A stretch of 64,000 nt of DNA from Candidatus Binatia bacterium (GTDB taxonomy: Bacteria > Desulfobacterota > Binatia > UTPRO1), in NCBI GenBank assembly GCA_036496285.1, contig DASXLI010000024.1:37125-101124 (forward strand). Direction: 5' to 3'. The position numbers were made by a program, and so were the translations under genes. Under the pieces are notes generated by a model. It had not been told where the DNA came from. It saw only the letters and a program-made list of their open reading frames with translations, and searched no databases. This document shows, piece after piece, positions 57,067 to 64,000 of this stretch. Position 1 is the stretch's first letter. Each line of letters starts with the position of its first letter.

Positions 57067-58422
57067 ATGTACACGGGTCACTTCCACCTACGTTCCGAAG
57101 CCTTCTCCCTCACGCCCGATCCGGCGTTCCTGTATCTGAGCCCGGGCCACGCCGAGGCCCTCGCGGGCCTCAAGGTCGGCCTCGAAGGCCGCCGCGGCTT
57201 GATGGTGGTCGTGGGCGAGGTCGGGATGGGGAAGACGACGGTGCTCTACTCGCTCCTCACCGAGCTCGGCGAGGGCATCAAGACCGCCTACATCTCCAAC
57301 ACCAAGCTGCCGTTCGACGACATCCTGCGCCAGGCGCTCTCCGACTTCGGCGTGCCGTGCGCGAGCCGCGACCGGGTGGAGCTGCTGTCCGCCCTGAACG
57401 GCTTCCTGCGCGAGTGCGCCTCCGACGGCACGACCGCCGCCCTCGTCATCGACGAAGCCCAGAACCTCGAGAGCGACGTCTTCGAAAACCTCCGGCTGCT
57501 GTCGAACTACGAGACCTACACCGAGAAGCTCTTGCAGATCGTGCTGGTCGGCCAGCCCGAGCTGGAGATGAAGCTGCGCCACCCGAGCCTCCGCCAGGTG
57601 GTGGAGCGCGTCGCGGTGCGCTGCAACATCAATCCGCTGAGCCGCGCCGAGAGCATGCGCTACGTCGAGCACCGCCTGCAGCGCGCCGGCGGCTCGGCGT
57701 CGGCCATCTTCACGACGCCGGCGCTCGAGTTCTTGCTGGTGAAGGCGCGTGGCATCCCGCGCCGTATCAACATCCTCTGTCACACGGCCATGCTCTTCGC
57801 GTACGGCCGCGGCGAGCAGCTCGTGACCTTTTCCATGGCACGGGCCGCCGCGCGCGAGAAGGAAGGCCGCGGCCTGATCACGCTGCGCCGCGGGCTGCTG
57901 CCGAGCGCCGCGCCGGCGGCCGAGGCGCAGACCACGCCGCGTTTCCGTCCCGCGTGGGCGGGCGTGGGCTTCGTCGCCGGCATCGTGGTCATGGTCGGGC
58001 TGGGCGTTCTCGACGGCCGGACCGCGCCGCGCGACGCCGTGAGCGCGCCGGCCGCGCAGCCGCTCCTCGACGAAAGCGCCGAGGCGTTGCAGCGCGAGCG
58101 CGCCGACAAGCGCCTGAACGAGGCGATCGAGACGCTCACCGCGGCCATCGCGGCCCAACAGAAGGCGAACGCCGAAGCTCCCGCGGTGGTGACACCGAAC
58201 GCGGAAGAGCTTCCGGCGCCGACGCTCGAGCCGCAGTCGTACAAGGAGATCCGCGTGCGCCGGGGCACGACGCTCCGCGCGCTCGTAAAGGAGGTCTACG
58301 GCCAGGACAAGCCGGACCTGATCGACCGTATCAAGACCGCCAACCCGCAGATCGTGAATGCCGACCGCATCATCGCCGGCGATATGTTGCGTTTCCCGGA
58401 CTCGGCCACGGTACGCGAATGA
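57067..58422 (+). CDS. GspA/ExeA-like AAA ATPase of the exopolysaccharide-locus (PEP-CTERM-associated) type
   Basis: It has Walker A (GEVGMGKTT), Walker B (LVIDEAQNL), a central TM, and a C-terminal LysM-like segment (YKEIRVRRGTTLRALVKEVYGQDKPDLIDRIKTANP). Confidence 0.8.
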   Translation: MYTGHFHLRSEAFSLTPDPAFLYLSPGHAEALAGLKVGLEGRRGLMVVVGEVGMGKTTVLYSLLTELGEGIKTAYISNTKLPFDDILRQALSDFGVPCASRDRVELLSALNGFLRECASDGTTAALVIDEAQNLESDVFENLRLLSNYETYTEKLLQIVLVGQPELEMKLRHPSLRQVVERVAVRCNINPLSRAESMRYVEHRLQRAGGSASAIFTTPALEFLLVKARGIPRRINILCHTAMLFAYGRGEQLVTFSMARAAAREKEGRGLITLRRGLLPSAAPAAEAQTTPRFRPAWAGVGFVAGIVVMVGLGVLDGRTAPRDAVSAPAAQPLLDESAEALQRERADKRLNEAIETLTAAIAAQQKANAEAPAVVTPNAEELPAPTLEPQSYKEIRVRRGTTLRALVKEVYGQDKPDLIDRIKTANPQIVNADRIIAGDMLRFPDSATVRE

Positions 58423-59285
58423 GCAACTACTTCCAGGTACTGAAGCGCATCGAGAAGGACCGCGCCGGCAAGGTCGCGGCACTCCCCGCCGCCGAGGCCG
58501 CGCCGGCTCCGTCCGTTGCGCCGCGCGAGCCCGCGCCGGCACCGCCGGTCGTCGAGGAGCGTGTCGCGCGCGAGGTGCAGCCGATCATCCGTGCCGTGCC
58601 GCCGCCGCGCCCGTCGGTCACGACGTTGCAGCCGATGGCTCCCGCGGCGCCGCGCACGCCGGCACCGCGTCCCGCGCCGTTCGTCCCACCTCCGGTCCGT
58701 CCGCGCTCGTCGGCGCCGCTCTCGCACGAGCGCCAGCGCGGCATCGCGACGCTCCTCGACAAGATGCGCGCGCTCGGCAGCGGTCAGTCGTCGCGCACCT
58801 TCGTCTTCGCCGGTGCGGCGCCGTCCGACAGCGTCCACAGCGTGAGCGACGGCCTGGCCCGCCACGCCGAAGGCTTCGGGATGCACGTGTTGATCGCGCA
58901 GCTCTTCGTACACGGGGGCGGCCACAAGCTGGTCGCCGTCGGCCCGATCGAGAACGACGCCGACCGCACGGCAACGATCGACCTGCACGGCCCGGCCGCG
59001 CCCGACGAGCTGAACGCGTGGGTCGACCGCGTCGCCTCGACGCACGACCTCGTCGTGCTCGAGGGCCCACCGCTCTCGGAATCGATCGACGCGGCGCTGC
59101 TCGCCTGCGCCTGCGACGGCCTCGTGATCGTCGCGGACGCCGAGGTCACGCCGCGCGCGGCGCTGCAGACCGCGGCGGAGCGTGCGCATACCGCGGGCTG
59201 CCGCACGCTCGGCGTCGTGATGAGCGGCACCAAGGAACGTCTCCCGGGCTGGGTTCGCCGGCTCGGCATCGGCGGGAACGGCTGA
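58419..59285 (+). CDS. Pro-rich N-terminus plus a degenerate ParA/BY-kinase-like P-loop domain (Walker A Lys/Ser absent)
   Basis: The N-terminal 110 aa are rich in Pro, Ala and Arg. The C-terminal region has FVFAGAAPSDSVHSVSDGLA in place of GxxxxGK[ST], and a Walker-B-like DLVVLEGPP. It is ATGA-coupled to both neighbours. Confidence 0.55.
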   Translation: MSNYFQVLKRIEKDRAGKVAALPAAEAAPAPSVAPREPAPAPPVVEERVAREVQPIIRAVPPPRPSVTTLQPMAPAAPRTPAPRPAPFVPPPVRPRSSAPLSHERQRGIATLLDKMRALGSGQSSRTFVFAGAAPSDSVHSVSDGLARHAEGFGMHVLIAQLFVHGGGHKLVAVGPIENDADRTATIDLHGPAAPDELNAWVDRVASTHDLVVLEGPPLSESIDAALLACACDGLVIVADAEVTPRAALQTAAERAHTAGCRTLGVVMSGTKERLPGWVRRLGIGGNG

Positions 59286-60694
59286 TGGCCCCGCGACGCA
59301 AAGCGCTGATCACGGTCCTCAAGCTGACCGACCTCGCCGTCGTGACGGCGGCGCTGGTCGCCGCCGTGGCCATCACGACCGACGGCGCGAGGATCCTCGA
59401 TTGGCCCGCGATCCTCGAGCTGCGCCTGTCGATCGGCAACGTCCTGGTGTTCGCGATGTACATCGTCGCCTGGCACTTCATCCTGAAGGTGCGCGGCCTG
59501 TACAAGTCGTACCGGCTGTCGCCCGCGTCGCGCGAGCTGCGCGACATCGCCATCGCGGTGCTGATCGGCGCCGCGCCGATCGCCCTCGCCGTCCTCCTCG
59601 GCGCGATGAGCGAGCGGTTCCTGGTCGCGTTCTCGCTGGGGAGCTTCCTCGGCCTCGCCGTCGAGCGCCGTTGCCTGCGCGCCGTCGCGCGCCGCGTCCG
59701 CGGCTTCGGCCGCAATCTCCTCGACGTCGTGATCGTCGGCGACGAGACGTGCGCGCTCGACGCTGCCGTGCGGCTCGTGCAGCGCGAGGGGCTCGGCTAC
59801 CGGGTCATCGAGATCGTCGGCGTGGGGCCGTTCGACGCTGATCCGCAGACGCACAAGGACGTCCTCGCGACGGTCGAGCAGATCCTCGAGCGCCAGCCGA
59901 TCGACGAGGTGTTCCTCGCGATCCCGCTCGACCGCACCCAGCCACTCCTCCAACCCCTCATTACGATGTGCGAGGAGCAGGGCACCACGCTCCGCCTGGT
60001 GGCGAGCCTCGCCGTCCTCGATTGGTCGCGTGCCGCGGTCGACTCACTCGCAGGACAGCCGGTGCTCACCATCTCGTCCGGACCGCCCGACTCGCTGCGC
60101 CTGGTCGTGAAGCGCTCCATCGATCTCGCCGCCTCGGCAGTGGGCCTGGTCCTCTTCCTGCCGCTTTTCACCGCCATCGCGATCGCCATCAAGCTCGACT
60201 CGCAGGGCCCGGTGCTCTTCGCCCAGGACCGCGTCGGCCTGAACCGTCGCCGCTTCAGAGCGCTCAAGTTCCGCACGATGATCCAGGGCGCCGACCTCAT
60301 GCAGCCGGACCTCGAGTCGCTGAACGAGGCCGAGGGCCCTGTCTTCAAGATCCAGGACGATCCGCGCATCACCCGGCTCGGGCGTGCGCTCCGCCGCTTG
60401 AGTCTCGACGAGCTTCCCCAGCTCTTCAACGTCCTGGTCGGCGACATGAGCCTCGTCGGCCCGCGTCCGCTGCCGGTGCGCGACGTGAGCCGCATCGACG
60501 TGCGCTGGCACAAGCGCCGCTTCAGCGTGAAACCCGGCATCACCTGCCTGTGGCAGATCAACAGTCGCGAGCCGAAGTTCGAGGAATGGATCCGCTCCGA
60601 CATGGAATACATCGACAACTGGTCCCTCGCGCTCGACATGAAGATCCTTGCCAAGACTCTGCCCGCCGTCATCTCGGGGCAGGGCGCTCACTGA
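59285..60694 (+). CDS. Undecaprenyl-phosphate sugar phosphotransferase (WbaP/EpsB-type priming glycosyltransferase)
   Basis: It has four or five N-terminal TM helices, a Rossmann-like CoA-binding-type domain, and a C-terminal catalytic domain (KRSIDLAASAVGLVLFLPLF...KFRTM...LDELPQLFNVLVGDMSLVGPRP). Confidence 0.85.
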   Translation: MAPRRKALITVLKLTDLAVVTAALVAAVAITTDGARILDWPAILELRLSIGNVLVFAMYIVAWHFILKVRGLYKSYRLSPASRELRDIAIAVLIGAAPIALAVLLGAMSERFLVAFSLGSFLGLAVERRCLRAVARRVRGFGRNLLDVVIVGDETCALDAAVRLVQREGLGYRVIEIVGVGPFDADPQTHKDVLATVEQILERQPIDEVFLAIPLDRTQPLLQPLITMCEEQGTTLRLVASLAVLDWSRAAVDSLAGQPVLTISSGPPDSLRLVVKRSIDLAASAVGLVLFLPLFTAIAIAIKLDSQGPVLFAQDRVGLNRRRFRALKFRTMIQGADLMQPDLESLNEAEGPVFKIQDDPRITRLGRALRRLSLDELPQLFNVLVGDMSLVGPRPLPVRDVSRIDVRWHKRRFSVKPGITCLWQINSREPKFEEWIRSDMEYIDNWSLALDMKILAKTLPAVISGQGAH

Positions 60695-60721
60695 CGCGTA
60701 CTCTTCCAGGAGACCCATACC

Positions 60722-61480
60722 TTGCGCACCGACAGCGCGCCCGTCACCGTCATAGTTCCCTGCTACAACGAGGAGGACGGCCTTCCCGCCTTGCTCACGC
60801 GACTGCGCAAAATGCGCACGAACGGGGCGAGCGATTGGCACTTCCTTTTCGTCGACGACGGCTCGACCGACAACACGTTCGGCCGCTTGCTGCGCGCGGC
60901 GCGCAGCGAGTCGTGGATCGAGGTCGTGCGCCATCACGAGAATCTCGGCCTGGGAGCCGCGCTGCGTACGGGCTTCGCCCACACGCGCTCGCCGATCGTC
61001 TGCACCATCGATAGCGACTGTACCTATCCGCCCGAAAAGCTTCCCGAGCTTGCCGAGCTCGTCTCGAGCGGCTCCGAGATCGTCACCGCCTCCGCGTGGC
61101 ATCCCGAGAGCGCAAGCGCCGAGGGAAGCCGCATCCGCATCCAGCTGAGCCGCATGGTCTCGGCGCTCTACAAGCTTCTCATCGGGCAAGACGTCTACAC
61201 GTTCACCTGTCTGTTCCGCGCGTATCGGCGCGATTCGATTCAAAGCATCCACTTCCGCTCCAACGGCTTCGCGGCGGTGGCGGAGATGATGCTGCGCGCG
61301 ATGTTGGCCGGCTATCGCGTCGCAGAGGTCCCGATGCGACTCGAAAGCCGGCGTTTCGGTGAATCGAAGCTCAAGGTCAGTGACGCTATCGTCGCCCACT
61401 GTCGCCTGCTCCTGATGACGGCGCTGATGGTCAGCACCCGGCAAGCGCGTGGTTTACGCAGAGAGAAGCTCGCCAACTGA
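60722..61480 (+). CDS. GT2 family glycosyltransferase (DPM1-like)
   Basis: It has VTVIVPCYNEE and FLFVDDGSTDNT motifs, a probable TTG start, and a C-terminal hydrophobic segment. Confidence 0.75.
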   Translation: MRTDSAPVTVIVPCYNEEDGLPALLTRLRKMRTNGASDWHFLFVDDGSTDNTFGRLLRAARSESWIEVVRHHENLGLGAALRTGFAHTRSPIVCTIDSDCTYPPEKLPELAELVSSGSEIVTASAWHPESASAEGSRIRIQLSRMVSALYKLLIGQDVYTFTCLFRAYRRDSIQSIHFRSNGFAAVAEMMLRAMLAGYRVAEVPMRLESRRFGESKLKVSDAIVAHCRLLLMTALMVSTRQARGLRREKLAN

Positions 61481-61502
61481 GGCGGGCGAAAGGACCCCCC
61501 AC

Positions 61503-62549
61503 ATGCGATTCGGTCTCATCGGTCTCGGCCGCGCTGGCGGCGTGCATTTCGATTCGTTCAAGCACGTCGAGGGCTCGGACGTGACGGCTGTCTGTGATCC
61601 CTCGCCCGTCGCACGCAAGCGGGCGCGTGATCTCGGCATACGCACCTACACCAACCCCGACGTCATGCTGGAGGCAGGCGAGCTCGACGCGGTCGTGATC
61701 GCGGCGCCGCCGGCGGACCACACCGAGCTGGCGATCAAGTGTCTCGAGGCGGGGCTGCACGTGCTGTGCGAGAAGCCGCTCTCGCTCACCACGTGGGACG
61801 CCATGAAAATGCTGCAGACGGCACAGCGCCGCCGGCGCACGCTCCTCCTGGCAACCAAGTTCCGCCACGTCCCCGAGCTGGCGCAGGCGCGCGAGCTCAT
61901 GGCCGCGGGCAAGATCGGTGATCCGGTCGCGTTCGAGGTGAGCTTCTGCAGCCCGGTCGACATGTCGAAGCGCTGGAACTGCCAGCGCTCGCGCGCCGGC
62001 GGCGGCGTCATCATCGACAACGGCTGCCACGCGTTCGACATCGTCTCCTATCTCTTCGGGACGGTGACGTGGGTGCAGGCCAACCTGCACAAGTCCGGGC
62101 AGCGCCTCGCGGTGGAGGACAGCGCCTCCATCCAGGTGCGCGCGCTCGACGGGGTCATCGGCCGCGTCGACGTGAGCTGGAGCCTCTCCACGGGCCGCGA
62201 CAGCTACGTCACGATCTACGGCTCGAAGGGCACGATCGAGGTGGGCTGGCGCAACACCCGCATGAAGATCGGCAACGCCGATTGGGAGGGCTTCGGCGCC
62301 AACTACGACAAGATCGACGCCCACCGGCGCATGCTCACTTGCTTTGTCGAGGCATGCTCCGGCAACGCCGCGCCCTGGATCAGCACGGTGGAGTGCTTGC
62401 GGACGGTCGCAGCGGTCGAGGCGGCGTATCGCTCGATTCACACCGGGGGTTGGGAACGGGTCGACATGAAGGGCATGCGCGAGCGCCGCGGCGTGGCGCG
62501 GGCCCGGGCGACGACGCGCAAGCGCGCGGCGACGTCCATCGGCGCATGA
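61503..62549 (+). CDS. Gfo/Idh/MocA oxidoreductase (WbpB-like)
   Basis: It begins MRFGLIGLGRAGGVHFDSF and has the EKP motif (CEKPLSL). Confidence 0.8.
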   Translation: MRFGLIGLGRAGGVHFDSFKHVEGSDVTAVCDPSPVARKRARDLGIRTYTNPDVMLEAGELDAVVIAAPPADHTELAIKCLEAGLHVLCEKPLSLTTWDAMKMLQTAQRRRRTLLLATKFRHVPELAQARELMAAGKIGDPVAFEVSFCSPVDMSKRWNCQRSRAGGGVIIDNGCHAFDIVSYLFGTVTWVQANLHKSGQRLAVEDSASIQVRALDGVIGRVDVSWSLSTGRDSYVTIYGSKGTIEVGWRNTRMKIGNADWEGFGANYDKIDAHRRMLTCFVEACSGNAAPWISTVECLRTVAAVEAAYRSIHTGGWERVDMKGMRERRGVARARATTRKRAATSIGA

Positions 62550-63166
62550 GCGCCGAGACACCTCCCTCCTCCCCCGCTCCCCGCATCCATCCGACAGCCC
62601 TCATCGAGCCCCGGGTCGAACTCGGCCCGGGGACCTCGGTGTGGGACAACGTCCACATCCGTGGTCCCGCGTGGATCGGGGCGGACTGCATTATAGGGGA
62701 GAAGACGTACATTGCGTATGGCGTGCACATAGGGAGTTGCGTCAAAATCAATGCGCAAGTCTATGTGTGTACCGCCGTCACCATCGAGGATCGCGTCATG
62801 ATCTCCGCGGGCGTGATCTTCACGAACGACCGGTATCCGCGCGCCTTCGGCATCGACGGCGACGGCCTGGCGTCGTCCGACCCGAACGAGGACACCCTGG
62901 AGACGGTCGTACGCGAGGGCGTTACGATCGGCGCCGGCGCGATCATCGGTCCGGGCCTCGAGCTCGGCGCCTACTCGATGATCGGCATGGGATCGGTGGT
63001 CACCGCCAACGTGCCGCCGCACGCGCTCGTCTACGGCAACCCGGCGCGCGTCCGCGGCTGGGTGTGCGTCTGCGGCGAGCCGCTGCCGTCGCCCGAGCGC
63101 CAGGCCGATGCCTCGGCCGCGTGCAAGCGCTGCGGGCGAGCGCGGCCGGTCACGGGACTGCAATGA
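62546..63166 (+). CDS. Hexapeptide-repeat (LbH) acetyltransferase, WbpD-like sugar N-acetyltransferase
   Basis: It has left-handed beta-helix hexapeptide repeats (IHPTALIEPRVELGPGTSVWDNVHIRG...) and a C-terminal Cys-containing tail. The ATGA overlap with the upstream oxidoreductase is present. Confidence 0.8.
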   Translation: MSAETPPSSPAPRIHPTALIEPRVELGPGTSVWDNVHIRGPAWIGADCIIGEKTYIAYGVHIGSCVKINAQVYVCTAVTIEDRVMISAGVIFTNDRYPRAFGIDGDGLASSDPNEDTLETVVREGVTIGAGAIIGPGLELGAYSMIGMGSVVTANVPPHALVYGNPARVRGWVCVCGEPLPSPERQADASAACKRCGRARPVTGLQ

Positions 63167-64000
63167 TCCGCCTCGTCGCACGCGACGCCGAGTCCGCTTT
63201 CGGCGTGCAGGCCATCCTCGACACCGAGAAGGTGCCATACGGGACGGCTGCGTGCGGCGACGACACTCCGCTCGTCGCGGGGCGTGGCGCCACGAGCGCC
63301 GACCTCGCTGCGCTCGCCGGGCGGCGCGGCCTGATCCTCCACGGCGGGGCGGACGTCGCCCGCCGCCTGCTCGGCGCGTCGAACGCGAAGGACGCCGAAC
63401 GCACGGTCGTGCTGCCGATCACCGAGACGCTGTGGCGCCCCGCGACCGTCGCGCGCGCGCACGCCCTCGGCGTCAGTACGCTCACCCTGCCCGCGACGCC
63501 GCTCTGCTCCATCGCCGACGTCACGCAGGGCCGCGTCGTCGCGCGCATGACCGACGGCACGCCGGCCGTCGCCGAGCGCGACGGCACCACGTGGTGCGCG
63601 ATCGATGTCGGCGCCGCGTTCACGCGCCTCCTCACCGAGCACGCGGTGCCGGTGCACGCCGAGGCGTCCACGCCCTCGGCATGGCGGCTCGCGGCTCGCC
63701 GGCTCGCGGAGCACGCATACTATGCCGCGCCCGAGGCGCTGCGGCAGAAGGTGCAGCGCCGGTTCTACGCGAGCCTCGAGGCTCGCCTCGCGACGCTCGG
63801 CGGCGCCGCGTCGTCGTACCCGGTCGACCCGAGCGGCTGGCTCGTCGCCGAGCTGCTCCTCGGCCTCGTGCGCCGCCTCGGCGCACCGCTCGTACGGATC
63901 GCGCGCTGGCCGGCGCCATTCACCGCAGCCGCGACCCTCACGCACGACATCGAGCCGCGGCGCTTCGCGTACACGCGCGGCCTCACCGCGCTTCTCGGCG
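63163..64000 (+). CDS. Hypothetical protein, partial at the 3' end (possibly polysaccharide-modifying, deacetylase-like)
   Basis: The ATG at 63163 overlaps the upstream TGA (ATGA). The reading frame stays open to the window end with high GC3 codon bias, giving MIRLVARDAESAFGVQAILDTEKVPYGTAACGDD...ATLTHDIEPRRFAY. It is not in the ORF track because it has no stop codon. Confidence 0.45.
   Translation, partial: MIRLVARDAESAFGVQAILDTEKVPYGTAACGDDTPLVAGRGATSADLAALAGRRGLILHGGADVARRLLGASNAKDAERTVVLPITETLWRPATVARAHALGVSTLTLPATPLCSIADVTQGRVVARMTDGTPAVAERDGTTWCAIDVGAAFTRLLTEHAVPVHAEASTPSAWRLAARRLAEHAYYAAPEALRQKVQRRFYASLEARLATLGGAASSYPVDPSGWLVAELLLGLVRRLGAPLVRIARWPAPFTAAATLTHDIEPRRFAYTRGLTALLG

Noticed and set aside
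1-64000. Mobile elements, integrases or transposases, tRNA and rRNA genes
   Set aside because: I scanned all six frames and the intergenic regions. I found no transposase or integrase motifs, no IS-like terminal inverted repeats, no tRNA cloverleaf candidates in the few intergenic gaps, and no rRNA-like sequence.

Overview
This is a high-GC (~70%) bacterial chromosomal window, densely coding on both strands. Start/stop overlaps of the GTGA/ATGA type are common and suggest translational coupling. I found no rRNA or tRNA genes, no CRISPR arrays, and no transposases or integrases. From start to end, the window contains eight blocks.

- **1–5.2 kb (minus strand):** a partial PEP-mutase/isocitrate-lyase family gene, a DUF1302-like outer-membrane beta-barrel, and a GAF-domain sensor histidine kinase.
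- **5.3–10.8 kb (minus strand):** a complete System I cytochrome c maturation operon in the unusual order ccmE-F-H-orf-A-B-C-D. Its CcmE carries the variant CxxxY heme-binding motif instead of HxxxY, and no ccmG is present in the cluster. It sits directly after lpxA and yacG.
- **11.9–17.5 kb:** an RRM RNA-binding protein with no canonical start codon, RNase E, queE, and a TetR regulator overlapping a ferritin-like diiron protein.
- **17.6–25.2 kb:** a divergent module of two giant secreted proteins flanking a 301-aa outer-membrane beta-barrel. One giant protein has a single CxxCH heme-binding motif. The other has a duplicated Cys module, about 1 kb of Thr/Ala/Pro-coding tandem-repetitive DNA, and Myxococcus-type Cys-rich repeats.
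- **25.3–29.5 kb:** housekeeping genes (glpX, a crotonase, a HAD hydrolase, a membrane SGNH hydrolase) and a clean bidirectional terminator hairpin.
- **29.6–38.4 kb:** a co-directional sugar-modification cassette. It contains a WbpB-like dehydrogenase, an ATP-grasp ligase, an SDR epimerase, two SAM methyltransferases, a DPM1/ArnC-like GT2, a DegT aminotransferase and a YfhO-type GT-C membrane transferase. I read this as a lipid-carrier-linked aminosugar transfer system in the ArnC/ArnT or CsbB/YfhO style, acting on an uncharacterised modified sugar.
- **38.4–52.2 kb:** metabolic genes, including two acyl-CoA dehydrogenases, GSTs, a two-subunit Tat/GMC oxidoreductase, a TetR regulator, a PNPOx-like protein, an LLM oxidoreductase, an MRJP/yellow-family lipoprotein, YbjQ, a DUF218 protein, rmuC and a CaiB-type CoA transferase.
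- **52.2–64 kb:** a TPP riboswitch upstream of thiC, a ~760-bp non-coding leader, and an exopolysaccharide export and assembly locus. The locus has a Wza-like exporter, a Wzz-like chain-length determinant, a GspA-like ATPase, a degenerate P-loop protein, a priming phosphotransferase, a GT2, a WbpB/WbpD-like pair and a partial final ORF.

The lineage is probably deltaproteobacterial or Myxococcota-like. This rests only on inference from the CcmE CxxxY variant and the Myxococcus-type Cys repeat.
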